From positions 1 to 64,000 of IMG/VR virus record IMGVR_UViG_3300005842_000485: a DNA stretch of 64,000 nt. One strand, written 5' to 3'. Under the pieces are notes generated by a model. That model searched no databases. It had not been told where the DNA came from and worked only from the letters and a program-made list of their open reading frames with translations. The position numbers were made by a program, and so were the translations under genes. Source of the DNA: a virus. This document shows, piece by piece, positions 8,745 through 17,901 of the stretch (position 1 is its first letter; each line of letters begins with the position of its first letter).

Positions 8745-8959
8745 AGCAACCCAAGCGGCGGAAAGAGCCGAAGCAATGGAAGCAATGGAAACGTGGCGAG
8801 ACGTGCAACGGCGCGCATCCTTGTCCGTCACCCGATTACCCCAACCATCACGCGGCGCTCTGCATCTGTTCGCTCGAAGAACTGGGAGTCCATGACATCG
8901 ACCAGTGCACGCTCTGTCACGCCATCGTGTGCAAGGGGTGTAAGAACACCATCCTGTAA
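8741..8959 (+). CDS. Cys/His-rich small protein
   Basis: Multiple CxxC/CxC motifs; ATGA overlap. Confidence 0.6.
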   Translation: MKQPKRRKEPKQWKQWKRGETCNGAHPCPSPDYPNHHAALCICSLEELGVHDIDQCTLCHAIVCKGCKNTIL

Positions 8960-8970
8960 TCAGCAGCCGA

Positions 8971-9195
8971 ATGCGACTCGCATCCATCGCAGCCAAAGTG
9001 CTGCTCGTCATCTCCGTGCTCCTCTACGGAGTCGGTCTTCCGAAGATCGGCTTCGCGTTCATCGTGGCAACCTGCGCCGCCATCTTCACCTGGCGCGTTC
9101 TGGAGCTGCGGAGCGAGCGCGCCGCCGAACGCCGGGTCGTGCAGCGCATCAAACGATTGAACGATGCCCGCGAGGTCGCGGAGATTCTCTCTTAA
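8971..9195 (+). CDS. Small 2-TM protein
   Basis: Hydrophobic hairpin and charged tail. Confidence 0.65.
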   Translation: MRLASIAAKVLLVISVLLYGVGLPKIGFAFIVATCAAIFTWRVLELRSERAAERRVVQRIKRLNDAREVAEILS

Positions 9196-9211
9196 GTAAC
9201 ATCAACTTCAC

Positions 9212-9517
9212 ATGCAGTTCCTTGGATATTTGTTCTCGGTATGGGTCGGCGTCCTCCTTGCGTGGGCGACGCTGGGGGCCGTGGCCTTCGTCGGGGCGAT
9301 GGTGCTCGCGAGACGACTTGCCATGCGTCTTCTTTGGATAGGCGTGACAGCCCTCTACGGTATCGTCAGCATCCTCAATTTTCGATCGTGGTTCATCAAC
9401 CTGCGTACAGAGGCATTTGTAACGACGGTCGTGGTGTGGGTCGTATTGTTTATCGCCTGCGTCGCCGACGTCCTCTACTCCGCGATCGCGCAGCAGGATA
9501 CGAGTAACGCCGGCTGA
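9212..9517 (+). CDS. 3-TM protein
   Basis: Three hydrophobic helices. Confidence 0.7.
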   Translation: MQFLGYLFSVWVGVLLAWATLGAVAFVGAMVLARRLAMRLLWIGVTALYGIVSILNFRSWFINLRTEAFVTTVVVWVVLFIACVADVLYSAIAQQDTSNAG

Positions 9518-9518
9518 C

Positions 9519-9653
9519 ATGAAACACAACAAAGCGTCGGCGTACGTGGTGATCGCAGTCGCGCTCTTTGGCCTGCTCTATATGGTCGCGAACCTGAGGA
9601 GCTTCGATGTCGGTACGCAAGATCACCCGCACGTCATCTCCCTTCGTCCCTAA
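9519..9653 (+). CDS. 44-aa single-TM peptide (not in ORF track)
   Basis: MKHNKASAYVVIAVALFGLLYMVANL... Confidence 0.55.
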   Translation: MKHNKASAYVVIAVALFGLLYMVANLRSFDVGTQDHPHVISLRP

Positions 9654-9664
9654 CATCAACATCC

Positions 9665-9823
9665 ATGAAGTTCATCACCCTTCTCCTCGTGATCGTAGCG
9701 GTCGCGTATCTGGCATATACCAAAGGCGTTGAGCGCGGGTTCGGCGTTGGCGCTGATGCCATGTACCAGGAACTCGGCGCGGTCGGCTGCGGACACGGAG
9801 GCGGCGGTGGTACTTCTTGGTAA
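9665..9823 (+). CDS. 52-aa single-TM peptide (not in ORF track)
   Basis: MKFITLLLVIVAVAYLAY... with a Gly-rich tail. Confidence 0.55.
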   Translation: MKFITLLLVIVAVAYLAYTKGVERGFGVGADAMYQELGAVGCGHGGGGGTSW

Positions 9824-9835
9824 CAGACAAGACTT

Positions 9836-10225
9836 ATGAAAGCTCACAACGAGACGCCGGAGGGCGGCGTCGTGGTCTATGTTCCCCAGCGGCACGTCCT
9901 CACATGGAAGACAGGCATGGTTGCCGCGCTCATTCTCCTTCTCTTCGCTGGCGCGTTCCTCGCGGTGCGGTTGTACAACGATCCGCTCAACGTCGCGACC
10001 CGCGAAGAGGCAGTCGTCCTGCGGAAGATCAACGAGAAGAAGCTCACAATTGAGCAGAACGAGCAGCGGCTCAAGCAGGCAGAAAGCGAACTCGCCGCGC
10101 TGCAATCGGAGCGCGCGGAGATCGAGAAACGCAAGATCGAGGCGGCGAATCGGGGCGTGAAAGACACGCGCCCGATCAAGATTGATCCGGCCATCACCGA
10201 GGCTTTTCAGTCGGCGGGGAAGTAG
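9836..10225 (+). CDS. Membrane-anchored coiled-coil protein
   Basis: TM helix followed by a heptad-rich E/K/Q region. Confidence 0.75.
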   Translation: MKAHNETPEGGVVVYVPQRHVLTWKTGMVAALILLLFAGAFLAVRLYNDPLNVATREEAVVLRKINEKKLTIEQNEQRLKQAESELAALQSERAEIEKRKIEAANRGVKDTRPIKIDPAITEAFQSAGK

Positions 10226-10254
10226 CACTCGCCGCTTCCCGTAAGCCCTACGAC

Positions 10255-10680
10255 GTGGAGCGCGTTGACGACTGGCGCGCGGACGAAGTGCCGGCGACCA
10301 CCAGCAACACCAGCGGTCCTGACTATCCCGAAGGGGAATGCACGTGGTTTGCTGCAAAGTTCGTTCGCGAGCAGACGGGTTTCGCGGGGTTCTACTTCCC
10401 GCGGTTGGCTGGCGAGCCTCCGCGCCACGCGAAGACATGGCCGCAACTCGCGAAGGGCGCAGGTGTCCACTCCGGTTCCGATCCTCAAGTAAATGCGGTC
10501 GCCGTCTTCACGACGGGCGTGTTCTCCACCTGGGGGCACGTCGCGGTCGTCACCGCGGTCCACCAGGACGGCACGTTCGACATCATCGAGTCGAACTATC
10601 CAAAGCATCACACGGTCACGCGCGAATCGAACATTTCGCCGGCATCCGTCACCACATTCCTCTACCCACCATCGGCATGA
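10255..10680 (+). CDS. CHAP-domain peptidoglycan amidase
   Basis: YPEGECTWFA, WGHVAVV and IESNY motifs (Cys-His-Glu). Confidence 0.88.
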   Translation: MERVDDWRADEVPATTSNTSGPDYPEGECTWFAAKFVREQTGFAGFYFPRLAGEPPRHAKTWPQLAKGAGVHSGSDPQVNAVAVFTTGVFSTWGHVAVVTAVHQDGTFDIIESNYPKHHTVTRESNISPASVTTFLYPPSA

Positions 10681-10898
10681 CACCTTTCACACGTTCAAGC
10701 AGGAAGGCGAAGCTCCTCGAGCTGCTCCGAGATCGGCGCTACCACAGCGCACGGGAACTGCTCAAAGCGGGAGGCTACCGGTACGGAGCACGGCTCAACG
10801 AATTGCGCGGGTTCGGTTATGGCTTCTCGGTGAAGCGGGATGCGGAGAAGATGAACTTGTTCTGGTATCGGCTCGCCAGCAAACCTGCGGCCGTATGA
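10677..10898 (+). CDS. Winged HTH DNA-binding protein
   Basis: LLELLRD..SAREL..RYGARLNELR..G..F..WYRL pattern. Confidence 0.7.
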   Translation: MTPFTRSSRKAKLLELLRDRRYHSARELLKAGGYRYGARLNELRGFGYGFSVKRDAEKMNLFWYRLASKPAAV

Positions 10899-11113
10899 AG
10901 CGGCGTCACTTTCCGAAGTGTCCGACCTGTAACGGCATGGTCGGCATCGGCGCAGGGCGATTCAGGCGGGACATGCGGGGCGCGACGATCTGGAACGAGT
11001 GCCCGAACTGTGGGCCGGTTGATACGGTGGATGTCGGGAGGCCCCCGAAGGCCGGTGCGCTCGCGTGGCTGCGGGCGAGGCTTCGTACATACGCTTCCTG
11101 CCTCTCTCTATGA
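10895..11113 (+). CDS. Zn-ribbon protein
   Basis: CPTC and CPNC. Confidence 0.55.
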   Translation: MKRRHFPKCPTCNGMVGIGAGRFRRDMRGATIWNECPNCGPVDTVDVGRPPKAGALAWLRARLRTYASCLSL

Positions 11114-11682
11114 CCACCAGCGATCCATGCTGTGATGCATGTGGCGGACAGATCACGGGACGCGGCGTCTTGCATGATGGAATGGTGCTATGCAGCGACG
11201 TATGCAGCACTTTTGTTGCGCGCGGCTACACGACCGCGAGCGCACAGAAGATCATCGGGAAGAAACTGGTGGCGCACGGGACAAGCAAGCGGCGTTTCCG
11301 GTTCACACTTGAACAAGAGCGGGCAATCTGTGATGCGTATTCGAGCGACGCGGCGGTGACGATGCCGCAGATTGCGCGGAAGTGGAACACCAGCCGACAA
11401 ATCATCCGGGGCGTGCTCCAAAGGAACCGAGTTGCGATCCGCCGCTGGTGCATACGGCCACCTGTGCAGAAGGTACGTGTGGCTTTCGCGCATGCGAGTC
11501 CCGTACGACTCGCAGTCCAAGACGCCGTGGGTGCGCCGGGAGATAGCGCAGCTGTGACGCCGGATCGCGCCGAACCGTACGAGCCGTTCCCGGCGCTTGA
11601 ACCCGGACGCTGTGTGGGCTGCGGCGTAGCACTCGAACCAACCCAGCGCGTCTGCGACGCATGCGATGTCGCCGGCCTCTAG
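11110..11682 (+). CDS. Zn-finger/HTH protein
   Basis: CDAC..CSDVC, HTH TMPQIARKWNTSRQII, C-terminal CVGC..CDAC. Confidence 0.65.
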   Translation: MTTSDPCCDACGGQITGRGVLHDGMVLCSDVCSTFVARGYTTASAQKIIGKKLVAHGTSKRRFRFTLEQERAICDAYSSDAAVTMPQIARKWNTSRQIIRGVLQRNRVAIRRWCIRPPVQKVRVAFAHASPVRLAVQDAVGAPGDSAAVTPDRAEPYEPFPALEPGRCVGCGVALEPTQRVCDACDVAGL

Positions 11683-11792
11683 CCGTCCGGTCACTCCATG
11701 TATGACGACGAGGGCGCGATGAAGCCGCAACCTGCGCCGGAGTTGTAGCGCGCCTGCTGCTGAACTTGCCAAATGTAGTGGCATGAGCCGGC

Positions 11793-12992
11793 TTGTCACT
11801 GGTTCGTAATAGGTATGCCTCTCGGGTTACCAAAAGTGATGTGGTGCACGATTGCCGTTGGATCGACACTGGTGGCATGGGTGCAGACATCTCTAGCTAC
11901 GTCACCGTGCTTACCGATTCGACAAACGCGGTTAGTGCCATGATCGCGTCGCTTGTGACACTCTTCGGGGTGCTACGGTTCAGACGTCGGGCACGGGCGG
12001 AAATCGCGCCCGCCGCTGTTGTGCGAGGAAGCGCTGGCGGCGGCCTCGCGACGTTGCTCTACGTGAGCAATGCAGTTCCGCACGACATGATGGCGAACCC
12101 CGGATCGCCATCCGGGACGATCTATGCGCCCCAAGGAACAGTAACGAAGCTCCCGCGGTGGGCCACGAGTACGTTCACCCCGCTCGCGATTATCGTGGTG
12201 CTCCTCTTTGCCCTCTTCGATATGCAGCGCACATCGCATGTTGAACGCGTACCCGTTCACATCGCGCCGGTCATCACTGATGCACGTGCGTTTATCTCCG
12301 AGTACGACCCGGCCGGCACCGTCGTCTCTGGCGGGCGTGACTACATCGTGATCCGGGTGAACGGGACGTGGGATGGGACGCTGGCAACACTCTCCTCCAT
12401 TCCCGCGACGCCCAGCGAGCGCTCGGACTTCACGTGGGTATCCAATCTCAAGGAGTTGTGCGGAACCGGCTGCAACGCCAACGATGCCTTGTTCGGTTCG
12501 GAGTCTCCGGCTAATCTCGTGGCCGCGCGTCTCAAGCTGCGTACGGGCGGTGTCTCTACTGACTCCATCGCCCACGTTGGGGGCGACACTACGCCGGGGG
12601 CTGACTGCATGGTCTTCGTGTATGCGCTCGGCCTCGGTGATGACGTCCACAACACGGGCCCGTGGACCAAGATCGGCGAGGGGCGGCTCGACCCGTCCGG
12701 CTCGTGGTCTGTCGTGGGCACCGTTTCAAGTGATCGGTCACGTACCGTTACGAGCGGGAGTACCGCCAAGATCTCGCTGGCCGCGATCGTGGTGTCTCCG
12801 AAAGATGCGTCGGACGGAAAGACGCCGGAGGCCAAGAACACGATGTCATTGGCCGATCTCGGCGCGATGGGACGCTCGGAGATCGTCACGGTAGTGCCTC
12901 ATCGCGGACTTCAACGGGGACAGGTGACGGACGACACGGTTGGAGGTCAGTCACGCACTACGCCGGCGACAGGAGTATCTCGACGGCGCTGA
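11793..12992 (+). CDS. Membrane-associated accessory protein
   Basis: Long ORF with two TM segments and a beta-rich C-terminal domain; start uncertain. Confidence 0.6.
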   Translation: MSLVRNRYASRVTKSDVVHDCRWIDTGGMGADISSYVTVLTDSTNAVSAMIASLVTLFGVLRFRRRARAEIAPAAVVRGSAGGGLATLLYVSNAVPHDMMANPGSPSGTIYAPQGTVTKLPRWATSTFTPLAIIVVLLFALFDMQRTSHVERVPVHIAPVITDARAFISEYDPAGTVVSGGRDYIVIRVNGTWDGTLATLSSIPATPSERSDFTWVSNLKELCGTGCNANDALFGSESPANLVAARLKLRTGGVSTDSIAHVGGDTTPGADCMVFVYALGLGDDVHNTGPWTKIGEGRLDPSGSWSVVGTVSSDRSRTVTSGSTAKISLAAIVVSPKDASDGKTPEAKNTMSLADLGAMGRSEIVTVVPHRGLQRGQVTDDTVGGQSRTTPATGVSRRR

Positions 12993-13019
12993 AGACTACG
13001 TGCACACAAACTTTTGTAG

Positions 13020-13049
13020 GGACGGGGTGGCGAAATAGCCACCCCGTCC
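13020..13049. terminator. Hairpin terminator
   Basis: GGACGGGGTGGC-gaaata-GCCACCCCGTCC, 12-bp stem. Confidence 0.7.
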
Positions 13050-13143
13050 AGCATTGACCGGCGCACCATCGAATACCTGGACTGAGGCGACGTGACGAAC
13101 TGCCGGCCTGCGTAACCTCTTACCCCCTCTCCTTGTGACACCC

Positions 13144-13383
13144 ATGTTGTTTGCGTTCATCACGCTTTGGGCAAAGCCATGCGTGCCGATGTTCGCGCCG
13201 ATTACTGTATATGAAGACGATGCATGGGCATACCGCGTATACAGTGCGTGGGCCTGCGGGCATCTCTACCAAGTCTTCGAGAGCGTCTATCTCCCGCACG
13301 GCGGCACGCTCAACTACGTCACGCTCATCGATGGAGAGCGCGTCTGGAACACGCCGAATCCGTGGTTGTCCGCCGAGCCGTGA
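13144..13383 (+). CDS. Hypothetical protein
   Basis: C-rich leader; aromatic-rich 79 aa. Confidence 0.5.
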   Translation: MLFAFITLWAKPCVPMFAPITVYEDDAWAYRVYSAWACGHLYQVFESVYLPHGGTLNYVTLIDGERVWNTPNPWLSAEP

Positions 13384-13513
13384 TCCTGTACGGTGAGAAC
13401 TGCGGAGCCGAGACAATCCCCCTCACGGTCACGCTTCGCGATTCCCAAACTCCAACCCAAACGTCGTGAGCCTCCCGGCTTCCCCTCGTCCAACATCCCT
13501 GAACACCAACATC

Positions 13514-14272
13514 ATGCGAACCTTCATTGCGGGGCTTGCTGCACTCGCCATCGTCGGCGGTGCGGGCTTCGCGTTCGCGAGTGCGCCGCGTACGTATCCT
13601 GGCGACAACTTCACGCTCCGCGTCGATAACTCGGGGGCGATCCATAAGGAGTATCGAGATGTGTACGAAGTAGAGCGCATCAAGATGTCAGCTGCGGAGC
13701 TTCCGGCATCACCTCCGGCCGATGAACCCCCCGTCGCTCCGGTTGAAGCAGAGACCGACAAGGCGCCGCCCGAAACTGCGCCTTCTCCGAAGGCCAACCC
13801 CGCAGTTCGGTCGGGCGATGACTGCACCCTTCCTGTGGCGGCCGTATCTTCGACCGATAGCATCGAGCCGTTCTCGCCGCCGAGCTCGCGCTTCTCGAAA
13901 GTGCCGAAGTACCTTGTTGCGATCTATGAACGTGCGTGCCGTGATTACCGTGTGCCCGTACGCTACCTCGTCGCGGACGGGTCATATGAGACGCATTTCC
14001 GTGAGAAGGCGATTGGGGATGGAGGCACGTCGTGTGGCATCCACCAAATGCATGACAGCAAGCGCACGTGGAAGGGTTGGTTCGCTGGTGGGCTTGCAGA
14101 TTGTCACAACGCGGAAAAGAACATCCGCACGACTGCGGACAGTTGGCGCAAGATGCTCGACGGTGGCCGCACGATCGCGCAGGCGATCAAGCGGCATAAC
14201 GGTTCCGGGCCTCGCGCTGACAAATACATGCGCACCGTGATGAGCGGCGCGGACCGCTACTACGCAAACTAG
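13514..14272 (+). CDS. Secreted lytic transglycosylase (SLT/lysozyme-like)
   Basis: Signal peptide, Pro-rich linker, YETHF catalytic Glu, SCGIHQM, AIKRHNG. Confidence 0.82.
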   Translation: MRTFIAGLAALAIVGGAGFAFASAPRTYPGDNFTLRVDNSGAIHKEYRDVYEVERIKMSAAELPASPPADEPPVAPVEAETDKAPPETAPSPKANPAVRSGDDCTLPVAAVSSTDSIEPFSPPSSRFSKVPKYLVAIYERACRDYRVPVRYLVADGSYETHFREKAIGDGGTSCGIHQMHDSKRTWKGWFAGGLADCHNAEKNIRTTADSWRKMLDGGRTIAQAIKRHNGSGPRADKYMRTVMSGADRYYAN

Positions 14273-14282
14273 AACCTACAAA

Positions 14283-14333
14283 GCAGACCAGTCGTCCCTC
14301 TCACCGGGGCGGCTGGTTTTGCTGTAATCCACA
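14283..14333 (+). terminator. Terminator followed by a degenerate DnaA box
   Basis: GACCAGTCGTCCC...GGGGCGGCTGGTTTT, then TAATCCACA. Confidence 0.65.
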
Positions 14334-14416
14334 ATGCTTGTCTAGACGATTGCATGCTGCGGGTCTTGTGTTCGCGTCGGCGTTTGGTAGAACGAAGTCG
14401 ATCTACACACCCCTCA

Positions 14417-14947
14417 ATGCCGGACGAGATGAGCGCCGCTCCCGAAGCGGTGGAGGATGAAGCGGTACAACCACATGACATCACACAGCGCGGCGTCTTC
14501 GTCGCTGCATCCGCCATCCATGCGGTGCTGCCCGTGGCGATGGTGGAACGATGCATCGCAGCGGGTGAAGTGCGGCCGACGAAGCATGATGGCCTGTGGC
14601 TCTTCGAGCAGACCTCACGCATCGACACGGATAACCTAGTCATGAAGATTCGGCCGCGCGGCGAGGCGTACTTCAAGACCTTCACTCCGTACTCACGGCC
14701 GGAGGAGTTCACGAATCTTCGCTTGGCGGCGCGGGAGCTTGGGAACGTGGTGCCGTTCGCGTCAGCGTATCGGCGGCTCGCTCGCATCATCGGCTGGCCG
14801 CAGCTCCTCTATGTGTGGACGGATGAGGAGTCGATCTTCGTGCGGCGCGCATTCACGGAAGAGGCATGGGCGGCGCTCGATGTACGACTGCGGCGCTACA
14901 TCGTGCGGAACCGGCATCTGTTCGGGCTTCCTCCCGCCAGAGGCTGA
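14417..14947 (+). CDS. Hypothetical protein, possible excisionase-like wHTH
   Basis: VERCIAAGEVRPTKHDGLWLF resembles HTH_17. Confidence 0.6.
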   Translation: MPDEMSAAPEAVEDEAVQPHDITQRGVFVAASAIHAVLPVAMVERCIAAGEVRPTKHDGLWLFEQTSRIDTDNLVMKIRPRGEAYFKTFTPYSRPEEFTNLRLAARELGNVVPFASAYRRLARIIGWPQLLYVWTDEESIFVRRAFTEEAWAALDVRLRRYIVRNRHLFGLPPARG

Positions 14948-15519
14948 TGGCGCATCAACGTATCGCTTTTGTCGGTGGACTCCGCACCGGGAAGGACACG
15001 GCAGCAAACTTTCTCGTCGCGTCCTTTGGCTTCCGCCGCATCTCCATCTCGGAGACGGTGAAAGCGACGGTCAATGCGGCGTTCCAAGCGGCCGGCTTCG
15101 ACACGACGAACAAGGGATTCATGCGGGCACCGCTGCAAGATGGCGGACTCGCCGGAAGAGGCGTTGATCCAGAACTTTGGGTCGGGTCGGTGATTCGACG
15201 CTACAGGCTCGAGGACGAGCATCAGGGAAGTGGGTTCGCCTGCTCCGATGTCCGGTACAGGAATGAAGCAGAGTTGCTACGGAAGTGTGGGTTCCTCATC
15301 GTGCGGATCGCGGCATCGCGCGAGACACAGGAAGCGCGCGCGCAGATTGATGACGGAACCTTCGATCCCTCCGTGTTTGAGCACCCCTCCGAGACCGAGA
15401 TGACGCAGATCGTCCATGACGTGTTGATCGAGAACGACACGCCGGAAGATCGGGAGCGGATGTTCGCCACCCTCACGGCGCTTGTAACCGACCCTTCGTA
15501 TGCGGATGCCGACGATTAG
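14947..15519 (+). CDS. Deoxynucleoside monophosphate kinase
   Basis: GGLRTGKDTAA P-loop, SDVRYRNE, HPSE. Confidence 0.88.
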   Translation: MAHQRIAFVGGLRTGKDTAANFLVASFGFRRISISETVKATVNAAFQAAGFDTTNKGFMRAPLQDGGLAGRGVDPELWVGSVIRRYRLEDEHQGSGFACSDVRYRNEAELLRKCGFLIVRIAASRETQEARAQIDDGTFDPSVFEHPSETEMTQIVHDVLIENDTPEDRERMFATLTALVTDPSYADADD

Positions 15520-15658
15520 CTCTCCCTTCGCAACGGCGGTCGGCTTGCTGTTGCTCGCCTTGCTCCTCATGTTCCTGGGGCGCTTCGTCATCGTGCTCGT
15601 AGTGTTGGCGCTCGTCGCGTGGGCGGTGAAGCTACTGCTCTCGTACCTGCGCCGCTGA
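15506..15658 (+). CDS. 50-aa hydrophobic peptide (not in ORF track)
   Basis: MPTISSPFATAVGLLLLALLLMFLGRFVIVLVVLAL...; TGATG coupling to the next gene. Confidence 0.6.
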   Translation: MPTISSPFATAVGLLLLALLLMFLGRFVIVLVVLALVAWAVKLLLSYLRR

Positions 15659-16194
15659 TGCCGTACGTGAACCTCCATACCTATCGGGGGAAGAAGCTGT
15701 ACCTCGCCGACGAGGACTTCCGTGAAGGAGGCTACGGCTACATCATCCGCAAGCACTGGATGGCGTGGGTCGGGTTCACGGTCGAGATGCTCATGCTGGC
15801 CTGTCTGCTCGCTGTTGCGGTCATCGTGGCGCAGCTCTTCCAGGTTGATTTCCACTCGCAGGGCGCGATCCTCGCCGGCGGCATCGCGCTCCTGCTTCTC
15901 CTCAAGTTCATCTGGATCGGCTACATGGCGATCAGTAGAGAGTTCCTCCTCATCACGCCCGCCAACGTCTTCTACTCGCGCATGGAGCATTGGTTCAAGC
16001 AAGTCATCGATCCCATGTCGATCGATAGCGTGAACGTCCGGACGAAGGAACTCTGGACGGCTGGCTTCCCTGACATCCGCACCGTCCTGCTGAACACCGA
16101 AGGCGACAGCCCCGACATCACCTTCACCTTGGCCGCTGGCGGGGATGAGATCGCGGTCGCGTGGCAACGGCTCACAGCAGCGACGAAGGACTAG
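15658..16194 (+). CDS. Membrane protein with a bacterial PH-like domain
   Basis: Two TM segments followed by LLITP..V.Y...F pattern. Confidence 0.65.
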   Translation: MPYVNLHTYRGKKLYLADEDFREGGYGYIIRKHWMAWVGFTVEMLMLACLLAVAVIVAQLFQVDFHSQGAILAGGIALLLLLKFIWIGYMAISREFLLITPANVFYSRMEHWFKQVIDPMSIDSVNVRTKELWTAGFPDIRTVLLNTEGDSPDITFTLAAGGDEIAVAWQRLTAATKD

Positions 16195-16223
16195 AACGCA
16201 CTCGTCATCCACCTCACATCTCC

Positions 16224-17543
16224 ATGCCGAATCAAACGACGAGCATCTGGCGCAAGCCAGGACTCCATGACTACGCCGTAGCCCTGAAGAAGAAGGGGAA
16301 ACTACCAAGAGACATCGCCGAGGCTGCGAACAAGAAGTTTCGGGTGCGACTGACGGCAGACGCCGTGACGGGCCACCTCGCCCGCAGCGTGGCCGGAGGA
16401 GCGGCTCCTTCGCCGGTGGCAGATGAGCCAACGCATGAATACCTCAGCGAGTCCGTCCTTCGGGATCGCGAGGAGATCGAGACGAAGGCAGCGTACGAAG
16501 AGTTGAAGAAGAAGTATGAGATCGCCGTCTCGCAGGCGAACGCGGTCGAGCGGCTGATGCTGCGGCTGAGCGAGGTGGTGAAGGCGCTCCCTTCGGTGAA
16601 GGCGCCAAAGCCCTACATCGTCAGCAAGGATGCGGTGAAGGAGTCGGCGGTACTCGTTGGTTCATGCTGGCACATCGGCGAGAAGATCGACGCAGAGGAG
16701 ATGGGCGGACTGAACGAGTACAACTTCGACATCTTCACGAGGCGCCTGCAGCACATCGTCGAGAAGACGATCTCGTTCACGCAGGGCAACATGTCGAACC
16801 ATATCTTTGAGGATCTTCACGTCTTCCTCACGGGCGATATGGTGTCCGGCATCATCCATGAGGAGCTGATCGAATCGAACGAGCTGCACATCGTCGATCA
16901 GGCCCTCATGGGCGCGCTCGTGACCGCACAGGCGCTTCAAGACCTCGCGCGGCAGTTCCCGAAGGTCATCGTCACCTGCGTCGTTGGGAACCACGGGCGG
17001 ACGCAGAAAGAAAAGACCTTCAAGAACAAGGGGACGAAGTCGTGGGACTACGTTTTTTACAATACGTTGGCGATGCTGCTGAAGAACCAGAGCAACATCG
17101 AGTTCATCATCCCGAAGTCGTATTGGGCGGTCGTCGATGTCCAGGGGCATCTCTTCCAAGTGCAGCACGGCGACACCGTTCGGGGCTCGCTCGGAATCCC
17201 GTTCTACGGCTTCAAGCGGGAGGTCGGAAAGTGGGCCGAGATTCACGCGGTACAGAACCGGATCGTGCGGTACTTCGTGACGAGCCACTTCCATACAAAA
17301 GCGATCCTGCAATCAGGCATCGGCGAGATGATTATGAACGCGAGCTTGAAGGGCGGCGACGAGTACGCGATCGGTCTCGGACTCTACGGCGATCCGATTC
17401 AGCTTCTGTTCGGTGTCCACGAGAAGTACGGCAAGTCCTGGGAGTTGTCGTTGAACGCGAAACACATCAATGCTGCTGACGAGGTGCGCTACCGATGTGA
17501 CCTTCGCGCGCCGATTGCGGATCAACTCGCCCTCGTCGCGTAA
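16224..17543 (+). CDS. Calcineurin-like metallophosphoesterase with N-terminal HTH/coiled coil
   Basis: SCWH, GDMV, GNHG, HGD and SHFH motifs. Confidence 0.85.
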   Translation: MPNQTTSIWRKPGLHDYAVALKKKGKLPRDIAEAANKKFRVRLTADAVTGHLARSVAGGAAPSPVADEPTHEYLSESVLRDREEIETKAAYEELKKKYEIAVSQANAVERLMLRLSEVVKALPSVKAPKPYIVSKDAVKESAVLVGSCWHIGEKIDAEEMGGLNEYNFDIFTRRLQHIVEKTISFTQGNMSNHIFEDLHVFLTGDMVSGIIHEELIESNELHIVDQALMGALVTAQALQDLARQFPKVIVTCVVGNHGRTQKEKTFKNKGTKSWDYVFYNTLAMLLKNQSNIEFIIPKSYWAVVDVQGHLFQVQHGDTVRGSLGIPFYGFKREVGKWAEIHAVQNRIVRYFVTSHFHTKAILQSGIGEMIMNASLKGGDEYAIGLGLYGDPIQLLFGVHEKYGKSWELSLNAKHINAADEVRYRCDLRAPIADQLALVA

Positions 17544-17558
17544 CGACTTGACTTCCAC

Positions 17559-17587
17559 TTGAACGATGACGCTACGGAGAGTAGTGT
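17559..17587 (+). promoter_or_regulatory. sigma70-like promoter
   Basis: TTGAAC-17-TAGTGT; the GGAG..TAGTGT element matches the rep promoter. Confidence 0.5.
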
Positions 17588-17622
17588 AAAGAGCGAACAC
17601 ACCACTTCACCTCCCTCCCGCC

Positions 17623-17901
17623 GTGCCATCGGAAGAAACCCCACAAGTCGTCCATGTGACACAGGAAGTCGTTGGTCGTTCGGTGAAGATCACGGCGTCG
17701 GTGACCGTGCGGAAGCCGGGGCCCGAGCCGTACGGTTTTCAAGAGTTCTCCGTGTACTACGGCAAGGAGTTCCCGGACAGCGTGAAGGTTGAAGAGGCGC
17801 GCAAGGACGTGGCGAAGGAAGCCGTAGCCGCGTTGCTTGATGTAGGACGCGAATACAAGAGTCAGCACGACGCTGCCCATAAGCCCCGTACCGATGCCTG
17901 A
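17623..17901 (+). CDS. Hypothetical protein
   Basis: GTG start after a CACCTCCCTCCC leader. Confidence 0.7.
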   Translation: MPSEETPQVVHVTQEVVGRSVKITASVTVRKPGPEPYGFQEFSVYYGKEFPDSVKVEEARKDVAKEAVAALLDVGREYKSQHDAAHKPRTDA

